Made by a program: the position numbers and the translations under genes. Shown here in pieces: positions 39,472 to 48,897 of a stretch of 64,000 nucleotides of DNA. Location: positions 32,001-96,000 of the IMG/VR virus record IMGVR_UViG_3300032268_000973; one strand, 5' to 3'. The notes beneath the pieces are model-generated. The model was not told the origin of the DNA. It did not search any database and was given only the letters and a program-made list of their open reading frames with translations. The first letter of the stretch is position 1; every line of letters begins with the position of its first letter. The stretch comes from a virus.

Positions 39472-40160
39472 GCATTTACAAAAATACTTCGTGGAGTCAT
39501 AATGTGACTTCTGTATCTATATTAGTACCAACTAAAGATACAGTATATTCCCATTTTTCATACTCTCTTAGTAATTTAGTAAAAGTATCTACCCAAATGG
39601 GAATTGATACTCATCTTTTTTTCGATTCTTCAACCATATTGATCAACCAAAGAGAAAAGTTGATTGAAAATGCTATGGAGATTGAATCGGATTGGTGCCT
39701 ATGGTTGGATAGTGATATGATGTTTCCACCAACAACGCTTTTGAGGTTACTATCACACAATCAAGATATTGTCGCTTGTAACTATATGAAACGTTCTTTT
39801 CCATCCAAGTCAGTTGCCTTTACTGATACAAAAGATTGGGACAGCTGGGTTCCTTTGGATTATTTCGATGAATTGGTTACAGTTGAGGCTATTGGTATGG
39901 GGTGTGTTTTGATGAAGACAAACATATTTCGGAATCTACAAAAACCTTATTTTGAGTATACCTATCATTCTGAAACCAAAGATTGGATTGGAGAAGATTT
40001 CACATTATTTAAAAAATTGAATAACTTAGGATATCAAGTTAAGGTTGATATGAATCTGAGTAATGAAATTTACCATATAGGTACTTTTGCCTATGGAGAA
40101 AATTTGCCAGCAAATACTGAAAAAAGAAAAGGTTGGACTTCAAAAAAAAGTAAAAAATGA
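39468..40160 (+). CDS. GT-A fold glycosyltransferase
   Basis: VSILVPT, QREKLIENA, WLDSDMMF (DxD), DIVACNY, IGMGCVLM, GEDFTLF, HIG. Confidence 0.8.
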   Translation: MSIYKNTSWSHNVTSVSILVPTKDTVYSHFSYSLSNLVKVSTQMGIDTHLFFDSSTILINQREKLIENAMEIESDWCLWLDSDMMFPPTTLLRLLSHNQDIVACNYMKRSFPSKSVAFTDTKDWDSWVPLDYFDELVTVEAIGMGCVLMKTNIFRNLQKPYFEYTYHSETKDWIGEDFTLFKKLNNLGYQVKVDMNLSNEIYHIGTFAYGENLPANTEKRKGWTSKKSKK

Positions 40161-40882
40161 TAACAAATCAGAATTTTATCGAAAAATATATTACTTCTGA
40201 TGACGGAGTCAAAATTCCTTATTTGTGGACACACGGTGCTACTTCATATCATATGGGGGATGGGATGATTATATATTCGTTGATTCAACACATGAGAGCA
40301 AAAGTGTGTGTTTGTATAGGATCGGGAGGAGGTTTTATCCCGAGAATAATGACGCAAGCTAGATTCGATTTATATCAACAAAAGATTTTTGAGGGTAACC
40401 CTGATTATAATTGGGGAGACATTGGGGTAACTTATTTGGTTGATGCTTGTAATGGAGTTGGGGGTCCAACAAACGTAGAAGATCAAAACTCTTTTTTTAA
40501 TTCATTTTTTTTCCCTCGATTGATAAAAGAAACTTCTGAAGACGCTTACTACAATTTTTTTGTTTTACAAGACATTAAAATTGATTTTTTATTTATTGAT
40601 GGGGATCATTCGTATGATGGTGTGAAAAAAGATTTTGATTTGTATTCAAAATTATTATCTGATTCTGGTGTTATTGTTTTACACGATACTGACTCGAATT
40701 ATGAAAAATCCTTGGTTGTTTCTGAAGATTCAAAACAAAATCATTTTCCTTTTGATGGACCTAGTAAACTTGTTTCTGAACTACAGACTGATTCAAATTG
40801 GGATTTGATTAAGTTACATAATTTTGGTATATTGAAAGATAAACCATCTTCGAGTGGTATTACAATAATCAAAAGAAAATAA
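40157..40882 (+). CDS. class I SAM-dependent methyltransferase (Methyltransf_24-like)
   Basis: CIGSGGGF motif I; IDFLFIDGDHSYDGVKKDF...GVIVLHD. Confidence 0.85.
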   Translation: MITNQNFIEKYITSDDGVKIPYLWTHGATSYHMGDGMIIYSLIQHMRAKVCVCIGSGGGFIPRIMTQARFDLYQQKIFEGNPDYNWGDIGVTYLVDACNGVGGPTNVEDQNSFFNSFFFPRLIKETSEDAYYNFFVLQDIKIDFLFIDGDHSYDGVKKDFDLYSKLLSDSGVIVLHDTDSNYEKSLVVSEDSKQNHFPFDGPSKLVSELQTDSNWDLIKLHNFGILKDKPSSSGITIIKRK

Positions 40883-41869
40883 ATGAGAGTATTGATAACT
40901 GGAGTAGCTGGCTTCTTAGGTTCTAGGTTAGCTGATTGGATTATTGAACATATTCCAAACGTTGAAGTTATTGGTATTGATAATCTTTCAGGTGGATATA
41001 AAGAAAATCTCCACGATCTTGTAGAGTTTTTTCCTGTTGACATCTTAGATGACAAAATCTCTGAAATTTTTTCAACTTATAGACCTGACTATGTTTTTCA
41101 TTTTGCGGCATTTGCTGCCGAAGGATTATCTCCATTTGTAAGGTCATACAATTATAGAAATAATTTAGAAGCCACTTCCAAGATTGTTACCGAGTGTATT
41201 AAAAATGATGTTACGAGACTGATTTTTTCATCGACCATGGGGGTATACGGGGACAATCCCACACCATTCTATGAAAGTGATCAACCCAATCCAATTGATC
41301 CATATGGAATTGCAAAATACGCATGTGAACTTGATATTAAGGTTGCGGGAGAACATCATGGATTGGATTGGTGTATTATAAGACCTCACAATGTTTACGG
41401 GGTTAAACAAAACATTTGGGACCGATATAGAAATGTTTTGGGTATTTGGATGTACCAACATGTAAATGGGTTACCTATGACAATATATGGGGATGGAGAA
41501 CAAACAAGGGCATTTAGTTATATTGATGATTGTTTAGAACCTCTGTGGAAATCATCCCAAGAAAGTATTTGTTCCAAACAAATAATAAATTTAGGAGGAA
41601 CAAAACATTACTCAATGAATGAGGCTAACGAAATTATTAGAGAAGTAATGGGGGGAGGAACATTAAGTTACAAAGAAAAAAGATATGAAGTAAAGAATGC
41701 ATACTCATCCTATCAAAAGTCTATTGATTTGTTGGGGTATAATGATAAAACTTCTTTAATTGATGGATTAACAACTATGTGGAATTGGGTGAAAACTCAA
41801 CCAAATAGGGTTAGTAAAGGGTTTGACCAATATGAATTGGATAAAGGGTTATATAGTTTTTGGAAATAA
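40883..41869 (+). CDS. NAD-dependent NDP-sugar epimerase/dehydratase (extended SDR)
   Basis: TGVAGFLG, HFAA, FSSTMGVYG, intact YGIAK, RPHNVYG, GDGEQTRAFSYIDD. Confidence 0.9.
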   Translation: MRVLITGVAGFLGSRLADWIIEHIPNVEVIGIDNLSGGYKENLHDLVEFFPVDILDDKISEIFSTYRPDYVFHFAAFAAEGLSPFVRSYNYRNNLEATSKIVTECIKNDVTRLIFSSTMGVYGDNPTPFYESDQPNPIDPYGIAKYACELDIKVAGEHHGLDWCIIRPHNVYGVKQNIWDRYRNVLGIWMYQHVNGLPMTIYGDGEQTRAFSYIDDCLEPLWKSSQESICSKQIINLGGTKHYSMNEANEIIREVMGGGTLSYKEKRYEVKNAYSSYQKSIDLLGYNDKTSLIDGLTTMWNWVKTQPNRVSKGFDQYELDKGLYSFWK

Positions 41870-42726
41870 TGATAAGATTAGTTACGGTAATTGGACACGG
41901 GGTAAATTTGTTACCTCATTTTATTAACCACTATAAGTCATACGTGGATGAAATAAATATAGTGTGTTATAACTCTGATTTACATCCCAATATTACTGAT
42001 CAAGTTAGTAAAGTTATTTCTGAGTTTGATAATGTGAAAATAGTTAAGGACATTTTTCATCACAACTTTGACTGGGAAATGGTCACCAAAATGTATAACT
42101 TGGTTAAGTTGACTTATCCCAATGATTGGTGGGTTGTATCGGATATAGATGAGTTTCATCTATATCCAAATGACGATCTCAAAAAATTGATTTCGGATTG
42201 TGAAAAAAATGGATGGGATATGGCTCGTGGAGGATTTATAGATAGAATCGGTGAAAATGGTAATTTCCCTACTATAAGGAAAGATATGAGTTTGTGGTCA
42301 CAAATGCCTGTGATGGGGTTTTTTAGATATCCAATGAGTCAAGCTTGCCCAAATAAAGTTTGTGTTATGAAAGGTCATGTTACTTTGACAAATGGTCAAC
42401 ATTACGCAAACATAGATGGACATACAACGTGGAGATGGCAAGGATGGAATAATCCACTTATAGCTTCAATTGAGACACATTCTGTTCAAGTTCATCACTT
42501 TAAATGGGATAGAACATCAATCGAAAGGGTTAAAAAAGTTGCGGACACTAATAAAGAATACTCATATTCAAGTGAATATCTTAAAATGTATGAGGAGTTG
42601 AAAAAATCTGATTTTTTGATAAATTTAGATAACCCTGAGTATATGATTGAGAGTGATGGTTATATCGGGAAATATGAAAAATATACACAATGGAATAAAC
42701 TAATAAGAAAAATTATATCAATATGA
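41869..42726 (+). CDS. GT-A glycosyltransferase (GT2/GT92-like)
   Basis: LLPHFINHY, WWVVSDIDEF (DxD), VHHFKW; start set at the TAATG overlap. Confidence 0.7.
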   Translation: MIRLVTVIGHGVNLLPHFINHYKSYVDEINIVCYNSDLHPNITDQVSKVISEFDNVKIVKDIFHHNFDWEMVTKMYNLVKLTYPNDWWVVSDIDEFHLYPNDDLKKLISDCEKNGWDMARGGFIDRIGENGNFPTIRKDMSLWSQMPVMGFFRYPMSQACPNKVCVMKGHVTLTNGQHYANIDGHTTWRWQGWNNPLIASIETHSVQVHHFKWDRTSIERVKKVADTNKEYSYSSEYLKMYEELKKSDFLINLDNPEYMIESDGYIGKYEKYTQWNKLIRKIISI

Positions 42727-42926
42727 CACAAGAAGAAAGAGAAGAAGAACTACACAAGTTAGAATTACGAAAGGTAAAGGCTTTGGAAAAAATTGGAAAT
42801 TCATTAGACTCATTAACAATTTGGTTTGAAGAAATTGATAAACAAGAATGGAGCGATAGGGTTCAGTTTTACTTGGCGGAGTGGCATAGAATTGCTAAAC
42901 TAAAAGACCCAACAGTGGATGGATAG
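42723..42926 (+). CDS. hypothetical 67-aa helical protein
   Basis: Overlaps both neighbours in the same orientation, consistent with translational coupling. Confidence 0.65.
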   Translation: MTQEEREEELHKLELRKVKALEKIGNSLDSLTIWFEEIDKQEWSDRVQFYLAEWHRIAKLKDPTVDG

Positions 42927-44349
42927 ACATAAGTTAGGTATCATTATTCCTTACAGACGTAGGGTAGAACAGATAGATTTTTTTGTAAAATACATGACAA
43001 ATTATCTCAAGGATAAAAACATTAGATATGAGATAATTGTTATTGATCAAGATGACGCCAAACAATTCAACAGAGGCATTTTGTTGAACATCGGTTATGT
43101 CTATGCTAAAAAATTAAAATGTGACTATATTGTTTTTCACGATGTAGACATGATACCAATTGATGTTGATTACTCATATTCGGATATACCTCTGCATTTG
43201 GCAACAGATTTTTTTACAGAGGAAAATGAAAAAAAACGTGAAATATTTGAAGAATATTTTGGTGGGGTTACTATGTTTCCAATTTCTGTATTTGAAAAAA
43301 TAAACGGTTATTCAAACAAATATTGGGGATGGGGGTTTGAAGATACTGATTTATTGTTCAGATGTAAAATGAATGGAATAAGTTTGGACAAACTGAAACT
43401 TCGTAACTACGGTAAAAAAGGAAAAAGTTTGAAATTCAATGGAGTTGATGCATATGTTGAGTTCAACAATACAATTGACTTAGATAGAGATGCGACCTTT
43501 TTTGTGAATTTTTTTCCTGAGAGAATTCCTTTTGATCATACTAGATCTTCTGATGAATTCACTGTGTTTAGTATACCTGGTTGGGATTTTGCGATATGTT
43601 ATAATTCTTTTTCGAGATATAATTTTTGTGCTTTTGATAGGACTCATAACGCATATTTTATAAACTCGGAAATTAAACCTAAATACAAAACAACTATATG
43701 TGTCGTTTTGAATAAAGATGATAATACGATAAAAATGTATCAGGACGGAGTTTTAGTTGGTCAAACAGAAAGTTTCAACAGACTTTATTTTTATCGTAAA
43801 GAACCAAAAGCCTATTTAGGGGTAGGAAAGCCAAATAGAGAAAAAATACCAAATTACTTTAAAGGAACCATATCATCATTTGCATATTTTGATGAAATGT
43901 TGAATGAGGATGAAATAATAGAGATATCTAATAATGAATCTTACACACTAAGGAAAAATTTTGGGGACTATAAATCTTCAGAAAATCTCAAATGTTACTT
44001 TGATTCAAATCACATTTCAAAAAAATATAAATTGATTGACCTCAGTAATAATAAAAATGATGGGGACATATTCAATTGTGAGATAGTAGATGATGATTAT
44101 GATGAATTTGTTGAAGTAGATATCCCCTTCAGAAGAAAATCAGTTTTTAAATCGTTACCTCATGAAGAAAACGGTTTTACAGGATATGGATGGAAAGATC
44201 AGGCGACTAGATGGAATCAGTTAAGATTCCACAATGAAGTAATGATGAATCCTGATATGATAAAAAATGATGGTCTTTCCGATTTGGAATTTATTGAACA
44301 CGGCAAAGAAGTAGTCAAAAAAATTACACATGTTATTGTTGGTATATGA
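42919..44349 (+). CDS. GT7 (beta-1,4-galactosyltransferase-like) glycosyltransferase with inserted LamG domain
   Basis: IIIPYRRR, FNRGILLNIG, FHDVDMIP, YFGGV, NGYSNKYWGWGFED; LamG-like segment at about 43420-44085; C-terminal H...N...RF...DGLSDL. Confidence 0.85.
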   Translation: MDRHKLGIIIPYRRRVEQIDFFVKYMTNYLKDKNIRYEIIVIDQDDAKQFNRGILLNIGYVYAKKLKCDYIVFHDVDMIPIDVDYSYSDIPLHLATDFFTEENEKKREIFEEYFGGVTMFPISVFEKINGYSNKYWGWGFEDTDLLFRCKMNGISLDKLKLRNYGKKGKSLKFNGVDAYVEFNNTIDLDRDATFFVNFFPERIPFDHTRSSDEFTVFSIPGWDFAICYNSFSRYNFCAFDRTHNAYFINSEIKPKYKTTICVVLNKDDNTIKMYQDGVLVGQTESFNRLYFYRKEPKAYLGVGKPNREKIPNYFKGTISSFAYFDEMLNEDEIIEISNNESYTLRKNFGDYKSSENLKCYFDSNHISKKYKLIDLSNNKNDGDIFNCEIVDDDYDEFVEVDIPFRRKSVFKSLPHEENGFTGYGWKDQATRWNQLRFHNEVMMNPDMIKNDGLSDLEFIEHGKEVVKKITHVIVGI

Positions 44350-45731
44350 GTCATAAATTGGGTATATGTATCCCTTACAGGAATAGAAAAGATCATTTAG
44401 ATAAGTTAATACCACATTTAACAAACCATCTGAATAATAAAAAAATCGACCATTATTTTTATGTTGTGCATCAGGTAGATGACAAACTTTTTAATAGAGG
44501 TGCGATGAAAAATATTGCGGCACAACATGCATTTGATGATGGTTGTGATTATGTGGCATGGCATGATGTTGACATGTTACCTCACGAAGATGCTGATTAC
44601 TCGTATCCAGTTGAAACTCCGATACATATTGCAACTAAGTTATCAAAGTATTCTTATAAAATGGGGTATGATCAATACTTTGGAGGAGTTGTATTGTTCA
44701 ACAAAGACCATGTTGAAAAAACAAATGGTTATTCTAATGACTATTGGGATTGGGGTCAAGAAGATGATGATTTATTTTGGAGATGTTACTTCGAGGGACT
44801 TACTACAGGCAAAATAATAAAAAGCGAGAAGAATACTGTTGTTGCAAATTTCAATGGTATTGATTCGGTTGTTGCTGTACCAACAAATAGAGAAATAAGT
44901 TCCTGTTTACATCGAGATCATACAATAGTGTTAACTTTTAACGCTGAACAACAAAATGATAAAATACCGATTTGGTTGGTTGGGGATAAAGATAATAAAT
45001 TTATCGAATATCCGATTCTCAGAAAAGACGGCAGTTGGACTTGGGGATTATCATTCAACAATTCGAGAGCTGTAACGATGCAACTAATAGATCGAGATGG
45101 ATCAAATCATTATAATTGGGCAAAAAGGTTTGAAGGGTTATGGACTCGGGTTATATTATCGTACGACAGTAATAAAAATTTGGCGTATTTTTATGTTAAT
45201 GATGAGTTAGTCTCACAAATTAGTGATGTAAAACAAAACATTCCGTTTCCAATAAATAATAAATTAAAAACGCATGATTCTCAGAGACCTTTCATATTAG
45301 GGTATTGTCCATTTATGGATACATTCTATAAAGGAAAAATTTCGGAATTCAAAATTTACAATAAGTTTTTTGATAAAATTGAAAACATCCAATCGGATAG
45401 AGATAGTTTGATACTAAATGTTGATTTCAAGAGTAAAATGCTACCCCAAAAAAATATTGAATATACCTCTGAAACTATTGATGTCATTAAAAATATAATT
45501 CCATTCAGAAGAGATGGTAAGTTTGATTGTTTACCACATGTTGATGAGGGGTTTGTAGATGGAAAATGGGCTAAGGGAGAAACAACTGCTAGAAATGAGA
45601 AAAGGTTTGTAACTGAGATGCAACAAGGAAAAATAGATTACAAGCAAGACGGTATAAATAATTTAAAATATAACGTAGTAAACGTAGAGAATTACTCAAA
45701 TAATTGTAAATTTATAAATGTAACCCTTTAA
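44346..45731 (+). CDS. GT7 glycosyltransferase with inserted LamG domain (paralog)
   Basis: ICIPYRNR, FNRGAMKNI, WHDVDMLP, YFGGV, NGYSNDYWDWGQEDDDL; LamG-like segment at about 44835-45430; C-terminal H...NEKRF...DGINNLKY. Confidence 0.85.
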   Translation: MSHKLGICIPYRNRKDHLDKLIPHLTNHLNNKKIDHYFYVVHQVDDKLFNRGAMKNIAAQHAFDDGCDYVAWHDVDMLPHEDADYSYPVETPIHIATKLSKYSYKMGYDQYFGGVVLFNKDHVEKTNGYSNDYWDWGQEDDDLFWRCYFEGLTTGKIIKSEKNTVVANFNGIDSVVAVPTNREISSCLHRDHTIVLTFNAEQQNDKIPIWLVGDKDNKFIEYPILRKDGSWTWGLSFNNSRAVTMQLIDRDGSNHYNWAKRFEGLWTRVILSYDSNKNLAYFYVNDELVSQISDVKQNIPFPINNKLKTHDSQRPFILGYCPFMDTFYKGKISEFKIYNKFFDKIENIQSDRDSLILNVDFKSKMLPQKNIEYTSETIDVIKNIIPFRRDGKFDCLPHVDEGFVDGKWAKGETTARNEKRFVTEMQQGKIDYKQDGINNLKYNVVNVENYSNNCKFINVTL

Positions 45732-45732
45732 T

Positions 45733-46134
45733 ATGGAACGAAAATATTTACCAACAATTTCCGAGTTGATCGATCGATTATCAATTGTTCAATTGAAAGA
45801 AGTAAAAATACCAGAACACAAAGAAGAATATGCACAAGAAATTAAAGATATCTTACACGATATACAATTGATCTTGGACACTTCAGACGTAGAAATAACC
45901 GCAGAGGTAATCAGATCAATTATTGTTTGTTCTCAAATGAATACACACATTTGGTATAATGAAACAAATGTAAGGAAAGGAATTGAAGGACCAACAATGT
46001 TAGCATTAACTCACGGTATAAATGGAATTAGAAATACATCTAAAAATAAAATACAAGAAAATTTTGGAGGTAGAAAAGATTACAAGATTGATTGTTTAGC
46101 TGCAGATTTTAAAGATTGGGAGGTAAGTTGGTAA
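45733..46134 (+). CDS. hypothetical protein, DUF4254/DUF6165-like
   Basis: TISELIDRLSIVQLK...IWYNETNVR...NGIRNTSKNKI pattern, recalled from small proteins of surface-glycan loci. Confidence 0.5.
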   Translation: MERKYLPTISELIDRLSIVQLKEVKIPEHKEEYAQEIKDILHDIQLILDTSDVEITAEVIRSIIVCSQMNTHIWYNETNVRKGIEGPTMLALTHGINGIRNTSKNKIQENFGGRKDYKIDCLAADFKDWEVSW

Positions 46135-46135
46135 T

Positions 46136-46687
46136 ATGGAACATCAAACAATAATGTTTAAAAACCACAAAATTTATAAGAAAAAAATTTCAGATATCGA
46201 TCTGAATAAAGTTTCTGAAGAATTTTTTGATGAGATTGATTTTTTTTCAAAATTCACTTCTTCTGATACGGTAATGAAACCTAATATCAGGAAAATGAAT
46301 GAAATATGTTTTAATGAACTAAAATTTATTTATGAAAGTGAACTCAATTTGAAAATTAAGTCAGGATATCAAAAAAGTTGGTTTTTTTATGCTCCTCCAA
46401 AATCAAATGATTTGGGAAATTATCATACTCATCAGCAACTATCGGATAGATATCCCGAAATATTCACAGATTACGTTTGGACTTTTTACTTGAAAACACC
46501 CAATAATTGTATTGGTAATGAAGGAAAATTAGCATTCAAAGACGGTGACGATGAATTTTTTGTTGATGTGGAAGAAGGATACATTTATTCTTTTGGATAT
46601 AGTCTATTACATAAAGGTGTTGATGCTCCGAACTCAGACTTAGAGAGGTTGGTTGCGGTAGGGAATATCGCTTTTAAATTCGAATAA
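46136..46687 (+). CDS. putative Fe(II)/2OG oxygenase (cupin fold)
   Basis: SWFFY, YHTHQ, TFYLKTP, EGKLAF, distal LLHKG, ERLVAVGNI. Confidence 0.7.
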   Translation: MEHQTIMFKNHKIYKKKISDIDLNKVSEEFFDEIDFFSKFTSSDTVMKPNIRKMNEICFNELKFIYESELNLKIKSGYQKSWFFYAPPKSNDLGNYHTHQQLSDRYPEIFTDYVWTFYLKTPNNCIGNEGKLAFKDGDDEFFVDVEEGYIYSFGYSLLHKGVDAPNSDLERLVAVGNIAFKFE

Positions 46688-46715
46688 AATTAACTATTTT
46701 TAATAAAAATTACAC

Positions 46716-47492
46716 ATGTTTAAACATTTAACAGATTTAGAGATCCAACAAATTACCTTTGATTGGAGATATCGAGGGTTCACGGTATTAGAATTATTAA
46801 CCGAAGAAGAGTGCGATGAGATAAATGACGAGTTAGAAAAACTTCGTATAGAAAGAAAGAATACAAAAACACCTGATGGTAATGAATGGGGAGAATGGGA
46901 TCCATTTTCTTACCCACATAAATTGTCGAGTGCACTTGAAAAGATCTTTGTTCACCCCAAAATAATTGAAGCGTGTGAATTCTTGATGGGTGGGGATATA
47001 GTTGGTATGCAAAGTTGGGCGTATTTTAAGCCCCCTGGTCAATTGGGACGAGATCAACATCAAAATGCATTTTATACAGGTTGTAAACACAATGAAATAA
47101 TCAATACTGCAATTGCTTTGGATAATCACGACCCTGAAAATGGGGCGGTTTGGAACTATGAAGGATCTCACAGATTACAAACTCTACCAATTGAAGTTGA
47201 TGAAGAAAGGACCAAAACAAACCCTTCGTTTTGGAGAAACGAAAGAGGTAAACCTTGTATTATGCCCGAAGGACATGACTTCAGAAAAGTTGAAGGTTAT
47301 TTGAGAAAAGGACAAGTTGTGTTACTTCACTCACATTGTGTTCATGGGTCAGAACCTAATTTATCAAATAGATTTAGAAGAAATTTGTTAGGAGGATACT
47401 TGAAAGACGGGGCTTATTTCAATAAAGGAAGTCACATGAAACGAGAACCGATCGAATTGTATTCTTTACAACAAAAGTATTGGGGGGAATAA
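46716..47492 (+). CDS. PhyH (phytanoyl-CoA dioxygenase) family oxygenase
   Basis: FKPPG...HQN, IALD...ENGAVWNYEGSH, GQVVLLHSHCVHGSEPN...RR. Confidence 0.85.
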   Translation: MFKHLTDLEIQQITFDWRYRGFTVLELLTEEECDEINDELEKLRIERKNTKTPDGNEWGEWDPFSYPHKLSSALEKIFVHPKIIEACEFLMGGDIVGMQSWAYFKPPGQLGRDQHQNAFYTGCKHNEIINTAIALDNHDPENGAVWNYEGSHRLQTLPIEVDEERTKTNPSFWRNERGKPCIMPEGHDFRKVEGYLRKGQVVLLHSHCVHGSEPNLSNRFRRNLLGGYLKDGAYFNKGSHMKREPIELYSLQQKYWGE

Positions 47493-48895
47493 TGTCTGAA
47501 AACCAGTTTGAAGTAATAAAAAATAAACTTGATTCTGTCGGGTGTGGGTTTTGTCTTGCAAAATGGACACAAGTCACAATGCATTTACATAATGGATTGA
47601 CACATTCTTGCCATCACCCAAGCCCACATAAAATACCTCTACAAGAAATAAAAAATAATCCCTCAGCATTACACAACACTAGATTCAAAAAAGAGAAAAG
47701 GAAAGAAATGTTGAGTGGTCAAAGACCAAGTGAGTGTTCTTATTGTTGGAATGTTGAAGATAATTCTGATTCTTTTTCTGATAGGATATTTAAGTCCGAG
47801 GAACCTTGGTCCCAACCTTTTTTGAAGGAAATATCTGAATTAGATTGGAGGGCAAACTATAACCCCAAATACGTTGAGGTTTCTTTTTCAAATACGTGTA
47901 ATTTCAAATGTTCTTATTGCGGACCGATGTTTTCATCCAAGTGGGTTGAAGAGATTGAAAAATTTGGATCGTATCCTACTTCAACTAAGTTCAACGGGTT
48001 GGAATATCTTACGGATAACAATTTAAATTCTTACAAACATTCTGACGAAAACCCTTATGTTGATGCGTTTTGGGAGTGGTGGCCAGATCTATATAGAGAT
48101 CTACATACTTTTAGAATAACTGGGGGAGAACCACTATTGGCAAAAGATACTTGGAAGGTTTTAGATTATATTATTTCACAAGAAACTCCAAACCGAGGTC
48201 TTCATTTGGCAATCAATACTAATTTAGGTGTTCCTGATAAATTGATTGATAATCTTATTGAAAAAATAAATAAAATTGAAACTGGTCAAAAAGTTAAAGA
48301 TTTTATAATTTTCACATCAGTTGATGGATGGGGGAAACAATCTGAGTATGGTAGGAATGGTTTGAATTTCGAAAAGTTTTGGGGAAATCTTGAAAAGATA
48401 TTACAAAAATGTCCTACGGTCACTATTGGAATCATGTGTACGTATAACGTGTTTTCAATCACAAGTTTTGATAAGTTGATTGAAGGAGTGTATGAATTAA
48501 AGAAAAAATATTCTTCAATGGATAGAGCTTGGAACACTGCGGTAACTTTGGATTCATCATACTTGAGGTATCCAAATCATCAGACAGTACAAATAGTTCC
48601 TGAGGAGTTTCACCATCTTGTTAAATCAAGTTATGAATTGATGAAAAATTACGAAGAAGTTTATCATACAACTCACAATGAATTTGGAGTTACCTATGGG
48701 TTTTCCGAGGTTGAAATAACAAAAATCAAAAGAATTTTCGACTGGATGCAATCAGATCAAAAATATGAAGAATTGGAAAAAAATAGACATGACTTCGTAA
48801 AGTTTGTAGATGAGCACGATCACAGAAGAAACACTAATTTTTTGGAAACATTTCCAGAATTTGAACATTTTTACAAAAAATATAAGACAAAATAA
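47492..48895 (+). CDS. radical SAM enzyme with N-terminal twitch domain
   Basis: CNFKCSYC, ITGGEP; N-terminal CLAKW...SCHH...CSYC; start at the TAATG overlap. Confidence 0.9.
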   Translation: MSENQFEVIKNKLDSVGCGFCLAKWTQVTMHLHNGLTHSCHHPSPHKIPLQEIKNNPSALHNTRFKKEKRKEMLSGQRPSECSYCWNVEDNSDSFSDRIFKSEEPWSQPFLKEISELDWRANYNPKYVEVSFSNTCNFKCSYCGPMFSSKWVEEIEKFGSYPTSTKFNGLEYLTDNNLNSYKHSDENPYVDAFWEWWPDLYRDLHTFRITGGEPLLAKDTWKVLDYIISQETPNRGLHLAINTNLGVPDKLIDNLIEKINKIETGQKVKDFIIFTSVDGWGKQSEYGRNGLNFEKFWGNLEKILQKCPTVTIGIMCTYNVFSITSFDKLIEGVYELKKKYSSMDRAWNTAVTLDSSYLRYPNHQTVQIVPEEFHHLVKSSYELMKNYEEVYHTTHNEFGVTYGFSEVEITKIKRIFDWMQSDQKYEELEKNRHDFVKFVDEHDHRRNTNFLETFPEFEHFYKKYKTK

Positions 48896-48897
48896 GT

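Noticed and set aside
39468-47492. DNA hypermodification cluster as the main explanation
   Set aside because: No dCMP/dUMP hydroxymethylase, TET/JBP, DNA methylase or queuosine-pathway gene was recognised in the window. It remains an alternative testable by nucleoside LC-MS.
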